A stretch of DNA of 63,272 bases, the filler included, from Octopus bimaculoides (taxonomy: Eukaryota): assembly GCF_001194135.2 (NCBI RefSeq). It is 5 parts of 5 records of this genome, joined end to end, with 100 filler letters (N's around TTAATTAATTAA, not from the genome) between each part and the next. Parts side by side here need not be neighbours in the genome. Positions count along the whole stretch, not along the records: positions 34,175 to 51,928 come from NC_068985.1; positions 52,029 to 59,519 come from NC_068989.1; positions 59,620 to 63,272 come from NW_026303613.1; 2 more parts are not named here. One strand, given 5' to 3'. The position numbers were made by a program, and so were the translations under genes. A model generated the notes under the pieces. The model saw only the letters and a program-made list of their open reading frames with translations, ran no database searches and was not told where the DNA came from. This document shows positions 51,746 through 63,272 of this stretch, one piece after another (position 1 is the first letter of the stretch; the number at the start of each line of letters is the position of its first letter).

Positions 51746-52379
51746 CCAGTCTTGGAAAGCTGTTCTACTATTTTTACTAATTGTACTAGTTATGGCTAGT
51801 TTGCTGACGAGTATATTCGATATACATATGATACTTATTACTTTCGTTTCCATTCTATTTTTACAATTCTGAGAATATAATATTGGTTTTAATTATATTT
51901 TTAAAACCAAAACAATGCAAGCTATAAANNNNNNNNNNNNNNNNNNNNNNNNNNNNNNNNNNNNNNNNNNNNTTAATTAATTAANNNNNNNNNNNNNNNN
52001 NNNNNNNNNNNNNNNNNNNNNNNNNNNNTATATATATATACATATAAATATACATATATATATATATATATAGATGTACATATATGTATATTTATAAATA
52101 TGTATTAAAAGGCATATATATTTAGTAAATATATATGTATATATATATGCTTGCATATATATATGTTTGTATATATATATGTATACATATATGTATGTGT
52201 GTATGTATGTATGTATGTATGTAGGTATGAATTATGCGTGAACAATGTATTTCTTTAGAGGGAATGATAATTATGAATAAAACATGCAATAAAAAATATT
52301 AAAACAGAAATATGACATTTTGAAAGTAATCACACGCATGCGCAAGAAAATTCTACTTAGCTAAATCCATACGTACACA

Positions 52380-52477
<98 letters not shown>

Positions 52478-52779
52478 TATATACATGCATATATATATAT
52501 ATACATACAGATATACACACACACACGCACTCATATATATATAAACACACACACGTTTATAGATAGGTACGAATAGATGTAGAGCGGTAGGAAGGCATTT
52601 GGTGATACACGTCACTGTTACAACGGTTTGAATCATTAACTGCTGCCTGATAAATACAAAATCCGTTCCGTATAGTAAGTGTACTTTCGTTTCGTTTGTA
52701 AACATAAATGGCGGACACACTGACTTGCGTGTACGTACATAGCCACGTATATATGATATAAACATACATACATACTTGC

Positions 52780-52829
<50 letters not shown>

Positions 52830-52856
52830 TGGTTTCACATTTATGTGCTTACTATG

Positions 52857-52900
<44 letters not shown>

Positions 52901-52955
52901 AGATATGTGTATATATACTGTGTGTTTATATATATTAATATGTTATGTATTATAA

Positions 52956-53030
52956 AAGGCGGCGTGCTGGCAGAAACATTTGCACGCCGGGCGAAATGCT
53001 TAGCGGTATTTTCGTATTTTCGTCTGCCGT
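52956..53030 (+). mobile_element. SINE family A head only
   Basis: aaggcggcgtgctggcagaaac..gcgaaatgcttagcggtattt. Confidence 0.85.
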
Positions 53031-53499
53031 CCTTGTTTTCGCATACATTTGCTGCTTTCTTCCAAGGAATCTAATGCTCTTAGCTTAGTTTTTCCTTGGG
53101 GCTGGCCAGATTGGTGCAATATAGAGAATAACCAGCCGAAATTGCAAAGATAATCTGGAACTTGACTGAAGAAAGAAAACTCCGAATGACCCGTCCTTGT
53201 TTTCTTAACGAGAAAATGGAGAAAATGTTACACGATTACAAATACAAACAACAAGAACAACAACAAGTGTCTTTCGAAGGAAGGTTAAATATATATTTGA
53301 CTATCTTTGTACTTATATATGTATATATGTGTGTGTGTATGTATGTGTGTATGTGTGTGTGTATGTGTGTGCGTGAATATGTTTATGCAGTGGAGTATGT
53401 TCTCAGTATGTAAACATGGCTCCTATGAACCACTGTGCTCGCACCAATAACTACATGTCCAAGAACAAGATGTGTGTGCGCGTGTGTGTGTGTATGTCT

Positions 53500-53697
53500 G
53501 TGTTTGTCCCTCACTGTCGCTCGACAACCGATGCTGGTGTGTTTCCGTCAGCGTAACCAAGCAGTTCGGCAAAATGAACCGATAGTTTGAGTAACAGGAT
53601 CAGAGAAATGTAAGTACTGGAGTCGAAATGTTGGACTAAAATTCTTCAAGGACGTGCTCCAGCATGGCTGCAGTCTAATGACTGAAGCAAGTCAAAA
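53500..53697 (+). mobile_element. SINE family B, 3' part
   Basis: tttgtccc..gacaaccgatgctggtgtgttt..ccagcatggctgcagtctaatgactgaa. Confidence 0.82.
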
Positions 53698-53830
53698 GCT
53701 AATTATACCAAAGGCCGCTTCCACCGACACCTATTGACAATACGAGCACTACAACGACCAGCGACCGCTTTAACGATGTATTAACAATACCAAGCGTACG
53801 TAAACCGAAAGAAGCAAAAATTAATAATCC

Positions 53831-54039
53831 TTTCTATTATAGGCGCAAGGCCCGAAATTTGGGGGAGGGGGATAGTCAATTACATCGAGCCCAGTGTTTC
53901 ACTGGTACTTAATTTATCGACCCCATAAGGAGGAAGAGCAAAGTCGACCTCGGCGGAATTTGAACTCAGAACGTAAAGGCAGACGAAATGCTACTTAGCT
54001 TTCTGTCCAGCTTGCTTACGATCCTGTCAGCTTGACGCC

Positions 54040-54041
<2 letters not shown>
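53831..54041 (-). mobile_element. SINE family A monomer (T2 tail)
   Basis: aaagtcgacctcggcggaatttgaactcagaac; caaggcccgaaattt. Confidence 0.88.
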
Positions 54042-54097
<56 letters not shown>

Positions 54098-56438
54098 CAA
54101 CAATAATAATAATAATAATAATAATAATAANNNNNNNNNNNNNNNNNNNNNNNNNNNNNNNNNNNNNNNNNNNNNNNNNNNNNNNNNNNNNNNNNNNNNN
54201 NNNNNNNNNNNNNNNNNNNNNNNNNNNNNNNNNNNNNNNNNNNNNNNNNNNNNNNNNNNNNNNNNNNNNNNNNNNNNNNNNNNNNNNNNNNNNNNNNNNN
54301 NNNNNNNNNNNNNNNNNNNNNNNNNNNNNNNNNNNNNNNNNNNNNNNNNNNNNNNNNNNNNNNNNNNNNNNNNNNNNNNNNNNNNNNNNNNNNNNNNNNN
54401 NNNNNNNNNNNNNNNNNNNNNNNNNNNNNNNNNNNNNNNNNNNNNNNNNNNNNNNNNNNNNNNNNNNNNNNNNNNNNNNNNNNNNNNNNNNNNNNNNNNN
54501 NNNNNNNNNNNNNNNNNNNNNNNNNNNNNNNNNNNNNNNNNNNNNNNNNNNNNNNNNNNNNNNNNNNNNNNNNNNNNNNNNNNNNNNNNNNNNNNNNNNN
54601 NNNNNNNNNNNNNNNNNNNNNNNNNNNNNNNNNNNNNNNNNNNNNNNNNNNNNNNNNNNNNNNNNNNNNNNNNNNNNNNNNNNNNNNNNNNNNNNNNNNN
54701 NNNNNNNNNNNNNNNNNNNNNNNNNNNNNNNNNNNNNNNNNNNNNNNNNNNNNNNNNNNNNNNNNNNNNNNNNNNNNNNNNNNNNNNNNNNNNNNNNNNN
54801 NNNNNNNNNNNNNNNNNNNNNNNNNNNNNNNNNNNNNNNNNNNNNNNNNNNNNNNNNNNNNNNNNNNNNNNNNNNNNNNNNNNNNNNNNNNNNNNNNNNN
54901 NNNNNNNNNNNNNNNNNNNNNNNNNNNNNNNNNNNNNNNNNNNNNNNNNNNNNNNNNNNNNNNNNNNNNNNNNNNNNNNNNNNNNNNNNNNNNNNNNNNN
55001 NNNNNNNNNNNNNNNNNNNNNACCACCACCACCACCACCACCACCACCACAATCGCCAACATAATTAATTCCATTGCAATTACCGCCACCACCAAAACCA
55101 CCCCCACGACCACCCCACACTGCTACCACTATCGTTCTTCCAATACAACCCCCGCCATCGTTTCCACCCTTATCAGTACCCGCGTCACAATATCAATGAA
55201 TACTGGAACCATCGCCTCTGCCGCCGTCAACACAAGCACTACCCCAGCTACTACCTCTGCTACAACCACGCCAGTCATTACCACCGCCGCCACCATTATC
55301 ATCTCCATCACAACCACCACCACCTCCACCACCACCAACAACAACAACATTACCTCTACCGTATCATCATTGCTACTACCACCACCACTACTACAATCAG
55401 CTCTACCACAACACCCACCACTACAACAACTACAACTACCACCATCACTACCACGACCACGACGACTACCACCACCACAGCCACCGCCGCTGTCGCCGCC
55501 ACAACCACCACTACAACAACCACCACCTCCATCACAGTATCATCACTCCTACTACTACCACNNNNNNNNNNNNNNNNNNNNNNNNNNNNNNNNNNNNNNN
55601 NNNNNNNNNNNNNNNNNNNNNNNNNNNNNNNNNNNNNNNNNNNNNNNNNNNNNNNNNNNNNNNNNNNNNNNNNNNNNNNNNNNNNNNNNNNNNNNNNNNN
55701 NNNNNNNNNNNNNNNNNNNNNNNNNNNNNNNNNNNNNNNNNNNNNNNNNNNNNNNNNNNNNNNNNNNNNNNNNNNNNNNNNNNNNNNNNNNNNNNNNNNN
55801 NNNNNNNNNNNNNNNNNNNNNNNNNNNNNNNNNNNNNNNNNNNNNNNNNNNNNNNNNNNNNNNNNNNNNNNNNNNNNNNNNNNNNNNNNNNNNNNNNNNN
55901 NNNNNNNNNNNNNNNNNNNNNNNNNNNNNNNNNNNNNNNNNNNNNNNNNNNNNNNNNNNNNNNNNNNNNNNNNNNNNNNNNNNNNNNNNNNNNNNNNNNN
56001 NNNNNNNNNNNNNNNNNNNNNNNNNNNNNNNNNNNNNNNNNNNNNNNNNNNNNNNNNNNNNNNNNNNNNNNNNNNNNNNNNNNNNNNNNNNNNNNNNNNN
56101 NNNNNNNNNNNNNNNNNNNNNNNNNNNNNNNNNNNNNNNNNNNNNNNNNNNNNNNNNNNNNNNNNNNNNNNNNNNNNNNNNNNNNNNNNNNNNNNNNNNN
56201 NNNNNNNNNNNNNNNNNNNNNNNNNNNNNNNNNNNNNNNNNNNNNNNNNNNNNNNNNNNNNNNNNNNNNNNNNNNNNNNNNNNNNNNNNNNNNNNNNNNN
56301 NNNNNNNNNNNNNNNNNNNNNNNNCCGCCACCACCACTAACAACAACAACAATAACAACAACAGCTGTAGCCGCGATAGCAGAAACAGCGGCAAAAAGAA
56401 TGATAGCAGCTGAGAGAATATCAACAAGCACCATCTCC

Positions 56439-56469
<31 letters not shown>

Positions 56470-56950
56470 CCAACACCAGCACAAGCACCCCCACCCCCAC
56501 ACTACTTTCACCAGCACCACCACCACCGTCGCCGCCATCACTGTCACCGCTACCATCACCGTCAGCGCCACCACCACGTCAACACTACGACCACCATCGC
56601 TATCACTTCGACCAGCAAGACTTCCGTCGCCACCTCCATCAATAATAATAATAACAATAACAGCAACAAACATAATAACAACGACAATAAGAACAGCAAC
56701 AGCAACAGTACAACTGCAAAAACAACAGAAACTACCACAGCAGCAGTAGCAGCAGCAGCAGCAGCAAACATAGATGCAGTAACAACAACAACAACAACAA
56801 CACCAACAGCAGCAACAGTCGCAGCAGAAGAAGCAATAAAATTAACATCAGCAGCTGATAGAATATCAACAAACAAACAACAACAACAACAACAACAACA
56901 GAAGCAGCAGCGGGAGCAGCAACAGCAACAGCAACAGCAACAACAACGTC
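54042..56950. repeat. Long trinucleotide low-complexity tract ((AAT)n, then cryptic ACC/ACA/CAA/CAG repeats) interrupted by two N gaps
   Basis: Directly visible; source of the poly-T/P/V/L/Y ORFs. Confidence 0.9.
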
Positions 56951-57576
56951 AACAGATCAGAACGTATAGAAACGATTCAAATTTAGTTCCATGGGAAACG
57001 GAAATATATTTAGACCAAACAAGTGAATAATTGAAAAATTATTATTATTCAATAATAATTTGAATAAACCAAATAAATAAATAAATAATTGAACGAAGAA
57101 AACAAAGAAAGAAAGAAAGAAAGAAAGGAAAGAAAGAGTGAAAGAAAGAAGTGAGAATGAAAGTGAAGAGCAGAAAGCGAAAATCGAAAGTGAAAGTAGA
57201 AATTAAGGTACAGAAGCTGCCAATGTATTCGTATCCTGTTTATTTGCGCCTTTCTGGCTCTTCTTGTAATCCGGGGGTGGAGGTGGTGGCAGCGGTGGTG
57301 GTGGTGGTGGTGGTGGGGATGGGGATGGGACCGGGGTGGAGGAAGTTACTGGGATGTGGGTTAAGGGTTCCATGAGTGTATATGTAATGCGTGTAGGTGT
57401 GTGTGTAGTGTTTTCGTGCTGTGTATGTGTGTGTGTTAGTGTGTGTGTGAGCATGTGGGAGTTTATGAATGTTAGAAGATGATACACATGTCTGTATAGA
57501 TTACGCATGGGCGAATTCTATATACATATACACTCATACACATACACATATATACATACATATGTATATACACATG

Positions 57577-57642
<66 letters not shown>

Positions 57643-58129
57643 CACAACATATATATACATACATACATTCACATATCAATATATGCGTATACATATACAA
57701 GATAAAGATACATACATATATGCACACATATACATACATATACACATACATACATGCATACATATATACATATACATATACACATATATACATACATATA
57801 TACATACATATATGCTTCGGTGCAGAAGAGTTTATATAAAGGAAACACCATTAGTGACATGCTAATATATCAGTTACACTGTCTTTCTTTCTTTCTTTCT
57901 TTCTTTCTATAAATACACACACATATGTATATAGGCTTATGTTTATTTATGTAGCTATGAATTTATGTCGTTATAATTTATCATGTTGATAATATATATA
58001 TTTATATTTCATGTCTGCCTGTATGCTCTCTCCTAATTTTGTTTATTTGAATTTTATTTTTCTTTGTAAAGAAGGCACTGATTTCTAACAAAGATACAAA
58101 GCTGCATCGTTTGAACATAAATGAAAAAA

Positions 58130-58700
58130 AACGTCACATTTTGAATTTCTGGAAGTTTTGCATATTTTTACTGTTCCGCTTACAGATTGTTTTTTACAAA
58201 CGCATGTTAGGTATTTGATTTCTTGTAGTGAAAAATTTAGTATTTCCAAGTTGTCATTTGGTCATTTATACACAGAACCAATAACCATTGGTATACTAAT
58301 TTGGATTAAGATACTGAAGGTTTCCAAGCAGTCATCTTTAGCTATCCTCTTTCTATTTAGTTTCCAAAGAGATATTCACATTAGCAGAGTAGCTGAATTC
58401 AACAATGGAGAATATTTTTACTTGTCTGTCGCAAACAACTATATCTGTCTTGTTTTGTTTGGAGTTGGTGGAAGTTTTGGTGGGAATGTTCCGCCAATAT
58501 TTCTTGTGTTGAAATTTGTTTATGTACATTAACCTGACGGTTCTCTTTGTTTATTCCTGGACAGTCTATTTTCCGAATGGGATTGTATATTGTTTCAACG
58601 ACAGCCTCGTGTTGCATAGGGATATGGTATCTTGATTATATTTTGGGGCATCTGCTGACCACAATTGTGGAGTCTTCCACACAAATGTAGCATAATCTAT
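58130..58700 (-). mobile_element. Degraded Penelope-like element (RT C-terminal/linker region)
   Basis: Minus-strand fragments YNPIRK..NVHKQ, KNIL..YSANVN and KFF..PNM recall the PLE motifs YxPYxKPN..YVHxxSNHPP, RNIIWFNPPYSxNV and YSCMPNM; many frameshifts. Confidence 0.45.
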
Positions 58701-58880
58701 ATCTCTGATTACATTTTGGGGCTTGTAGTGCTTTGCTATCTCTTTTCTTTGCTCCGTATTTGGTAGCAATCTCCTGTTCTCGGACTGCGAATGCACAACC
58801 TTCAAAGTGTGATGTGATGTAGCGGTAACATGAGTCCAAGAAACGCTGCATCTATGTATGTATTTATGTATGTATATATG

Positions 58881-58912
<32 letters not shown>

Positions 58913-59916
58913 CCATTGTTCAGTTTATTTCAATATTTCTTGCCAATAGAGAAAGAACCGGTTTCTAATCAACATTCAAGGCTCCTATACGTGTGTATGT
59001 GTGTATGTATATATGCATATATGCATGTATGTATGTATGTATGTATGTATGTATGTATGTATGTACGTACATTTATATTTCTTGTTATTTCCATACACGC
59101 AGGCACAGATTGTAATAACATGTGCTTAGTGTGTGAAATAGTACAGCTTCGTCATATTCAAATAATGTACCTAACATGACCTTCCTTTCTGAAAGAGCAA
59201 AGAGAAACTTGAGAGAATGTGGGCGTTATTTCTAACAGGTAAAGAAACCACAATGAAGTTTAGAATGTTACATCGTTTTCGTTATCTACGTTCCAGCGAT
59301 GGCGTTTTGTATGTGCGTTAGAAACCATCTCCTTGCTCTGAAAAAGAATTTAAATATTTAAAAACAGAAGAGACATACATACATACAAACACACACAAAC
59401 ACGCACACATATGAATATGTACGTCTGCATGTGTGTGTGTATACATATATAGATATATACACATACATACACAGATATATATATATATGTACATACATTC
59501 ATCCATATATATATATATANNNNNNNNNNNNNNNNNNNNNNNNNNNNNNNNNNNNNNNNNNNNTTAATTAATTAANNNNNNNNNNNNNNNNNNNNNNNNN
59601 NNNNNNNNNNNNNNNNNNNTTACACATATATATATGGCAGTAGCATCTTCGGCAAGTGTCTATTTTGTTTTTAAGCCTAGTATTTATTTTATCGACCACT
59701 CTTTGCTGATATTCTAGGTTTTGGGGGCGTAAACACATCACCATCGGTTATCAACCGTTTGTTGGGTAAATGTATTGATAAGTCCCCATTAGCTGGGGGA
59801 CATAAAATTAGTTTACATGCGGTCAAGCGTTTCAAAAAATATCAGATCATAACAGGTATACAATATATGAGTGTGTGGAACTATGTGGTAATAAAAGACC
59901 GGCACTAATAATCACA

Positions 59917-60322
59917 ATTGCCCAGTGGTTAGGGCAGCGGCATCGCGGTTTCGATTCCCAAACCGGGCGTTGTGAGTGTTTATTGAGCGNNNNNNNNNNC
60001 CCAAACCGGGCGTTGTGAGTGTTTATTGAGCGAAAACACCTACAGCTCCGCGAGGCTCCGGCAGGGGATGGTGGAGAAACCCTGCTGTACTCTTTCACCA
60101 CAACTTTCTCTCACTNNNNNNNNNNNNNNNNNNNNNNNNNNNNNNNNNNNNNNNNNNGCCTTGTCACACTCTGTGTCACGCTGAATATCCCCGAGAACTA
60201 CGTTAAATGTACAGGTGTCTGTGGAGTGCTCAACCACTTGCATGGTAATTTCACAAGCAGGCTGTTCCGTTGATCGGATCAATTGGAACCCTCGCCGTCG
60301 TAAGTAACGGAGTGCCAACAAC
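59917..60322 (+). mobile_element. tRNA-derived SINE (family F), gapped
   Basis: attgcccagtggttaggg A-box region, ggtttcgattccc B-box, (CAA) tail. Confidence 0.7.
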
Positions 60323-60351
60323 ATATATATATATATACATACACATACATG

Positions 60352-60382
<31 letters not shown>

Positions 60383-63272
60383 NNNNNNNNNNNNNNNNNN
60401 NNNNNNNNNNNNNNNNNNNNNNNNNNNNNNNNNNNNNNNACACGTTCGTATACACACATAAGCGCATATATAAATGTATATCCATATGTAGAGTTACGCA
60501 AATACACGCACATATATATGTATATAAGGCATACAATCATTCACAAATATACATATTATAACCTTCAATTCAATGGCATTTATTGATATTTATGTGTGAT
60601 TTAATTGACGCTTCAATTAAATACATTTACATAAAACGATAAGCATAGGTACTTATCTAGCATATAATCGTACGATAAATACATAGTGTTTGCTGACATT
60701 CTGGCTAGATAGAAATCTTGTGCATTACGTCATCATAAATGCACAGATACGCAAATACACGGACATAGGTACGTACATGATGCATACAATCAAACACATA
60801 TATACGCATTATAACCATATAAGACGCATATATATATATATATANNNNNNNNNNNNNNNNNNNNNNNNNNNNNNNNNNNNNNNNNNNNNNNNNNNNNNNN
60901 NNNNNNNNNNNNNNNNNNNNNNNNNNNNNNNNNNNNNNNNNNNNNNNNNNNNNNNNNNNNNNNNNNNNNNNNNNNNNNNNNNNNNNNNNNNNNNNNNNNN
61001 NNNNNNNNNNNNNNNNNNNNNNNNNNNNNNNNNNNNNNNNNNNNNNNNNNNNNNNNNNNNNNNNNNNNNNNNNNNNNNNNNNNNNNNNNNNNNNNNNNNN
61101 NNNNNNNNNNNNNNNNNNNNNNNNNNNNNNNNNNNNNNNNNNNNNNNNNNNNNNNNNNNNNNNNNNNNNNNNNNNNNNNNNNNNNNNNNNNNNNNNNNNN
61201 NNNNNNNNNNNNNNNNNNNNNNNNNNNNNNNNNNNNNNNNNNNNNNNNNNNNNNNNNNNNNNNNNNNNNNNNNNNNNNNNNNNNNNNNNNNNNNNNNNNN
61301 NNNNNNNNNNNNNNNNNNNNNNNNNNNNNNNNNNNNNNNNNNNNNNNNNNNNNNNNNNNNNNNNNNNNNNNNNNNNNNNNNNNNNNNNNNNNNNNNNNNN
61401 NNNNNNNNNNNNNNNNNNNNNNNNNNNNNNNNNNNNNNNNNNNNNNNNNNNNNNNNNNNNNNNNNNNNNNNNNNNNNNNNNNNNNNNNNNNNNNNNNNNN
61501 NNNNNNNNNNNNNNNNNNNNNNNNNNNNNNNNNNNNNNNNNNNNNNNNNNNNNNNNNNNNNNNNNNNNNNNNNNNNNNNNNNNNNNNNNNNNNNNNNNNN
61601 NNNNNNNNNNNNNNNNNNNNNNNNNNNNNNNNNNNNNNNNNNNNNNNNNNNNNNNNNNNNNNNNNNNNNNNNNNNNNNNNNNNNNNNNNNNNNNNNNNNN
61701 NNNNNNNNNNNNNNNNNNNNNNNNNNNNNNNNNNNNNNNNNNNNNNNNNNNNNNNNNNNNNNNNNNNNNNNNNNNNNNNNNNNNNNNNNNNNNNNNNNNN
61801 NNNNNNNNNNNNNNNNNNNNNNNTATATATACATATATCACTATTGTATGTGCCTTTTATATTGCTTTATTTTAGTCTACCTTACTACTTATTTTATTTA
61901 TTTCATACAGTATTCAAATGAAAATAAAAAATAAAATAACCCCATACAATTATTCTGCCAGCATACCAGGGCAAAATGTCATCTTTTCCCTTATAAATGC
62001 AAATTTAAGCCATAAATTTGTAATTTATTTAATAAGTACAATTGAAACAGGTATAGGAAGTTTGCAGTATCATTATATTAATAAATAATTATTGATATTC
62101 ATCTCTCCACTTTCTTTTCTTTTCCGCTGTTAATCGAATTCGGATTATATGCATAATATATATCTACTGATTTTGGGAAATTTTCCCCAAAATATATTTG
62201 CTATAGAACCAGTGTTTTCTTGGGTATAATCATATCTTTATGAGGTTAACATATCCTCTATTTAACTTTTATACACATATATATAATATATGACAATTAT
62301 TCAGTAGCCATGATTAAACTCCGAGTTTCGAATGTCGGCGCGGAAACCTACGCCGGCATCTATTCAGCAATCGGCTCATCAAAAAATGCTATGAAAATGA
62401 ACGTTAAACAAAGGGAAATTATTGTGTGATTGGCCATTATGAAGACAAAAGACCTATTAGAATGACCGCTAAGTAAGGGGGGAGTAAAGGTAAGGAGTAA
62501 AAATGTTCATAGTAATCGCGTAAGCGCGTATGTCCATATATACACATGCTCTCTCAAGATGACCTATACTATTTTGCATAACATTTATGCATTTGAAATA
62601 ATCTTTCTTGCTGTCAATCAAATCTAATAATAACTACTTTATGTTTCATCAAGCTGGGATAATAATTTCTGTGTCGCTAAAAATACGGCCTATTCTAATG
62701 TAAAGTCCTAAAATTACACAAAATGTTAAATTAAACGTTTGTGTTATTTTAGAAATTGTAAGATTTTGTGCATACATGCATTTTTGAAAGGTTCATCACA
62801 TTATGTATACAATATAATTTCTATCGATTCAGTTCCTCTATAAAAAATTCTAATACCTGTTTATACATTTAAAGATCAAAGTTTCCCCGACTGGATATTT
62901 TGAGAAGAATGTGTAAAATGTAAACGGGTGTGTAGATATTATATTCAGTCACCTGATAATCCAAAGCTTTCATATTACGTTCTAAACAAACTGGCAAAAT
63001 GGACATTACGCTCTGATTCTATGAGAGAAACTAAAACTACCAGTATAAATTAAAATATAAATGTAAAACACTTTTCAATATGTCGTTGTGGGATTTGGTT
63101 TGCATCATTCTTTATGTGAGTTCGCGTGTTGAAGCGTATTTTGTTGTGTCTGGGGAGAGTCATACTCAGAGCTAAATAGGAAATATACGAAGTAGGCATA
63201 TCCACAGTTTATATTTATATACAGGTAGACTAGTTAGCGGACTGTTATGTAACTGTATGTATATATATATAT

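Noticed and set aside
53966-56876. Long ORFs rich in T/P/Q/V/L/G (mucin- or extensin-like)
   Set aside because: Products of trinucleotide low-complexity DNA and N gaps, open on both strands, with no splice or domain evidence.
28879-59575. Four identical TTAATTAATTAA 12-mers
   Set aside because: Each sits in the middle of an N run (100 bp where counted) and encodes stops in all six frames: a scaffolding linker, not biology.
59957-60032. 33-bp exact direct repeat inside SINE-F
   Set aside because: The copies flank a 10-N gap: an unmerged contig overlap.

Overview
AT-rich, gap-riddled eukaryotic genomic DNA, almost entirely intronic or intergenic. The tRNA-derived SINE families, dense microsatellites and TTAATTAATTAA gap linkers point to a coleoid cephalopod, most likely an Octopus draft assembly (inference). 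No intact host gene is recognisable; nearly all track ORFs are microsatellite or N-gap artefacts. The recognisable coding relics are all transposon-derived: CR1-clade RT (27.7-28.8 kb), R4/Dong-type RLE endonuclease (29.3-30.2 kb), a mellifera-like mariner with TIRs (36.8-38.0 kb), a fused irritans-like mariner plus rosa-like DDxD element (42.3-43.8 kb), and fainter RTE and Penelope remnants. Most interesting observations: (1) at least five unrelated repeats carry minimal type I hammerhead-ribozyme-like motifs, including one element combining a tRNA-Arg-like Pol III head, an (AAT)n spacer, a hammerhead and complementary ends; (2) a SINE trimer inserted as one unit with a perfect 19-bp TSD, whose internal tails match the 3' end of the CR1 LINE in the same window; (3) a candidate recursive splice site or 61-nt exon; (4) several foldback or palindromic elements. 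All alignments were done by eye and need computational confirmation.
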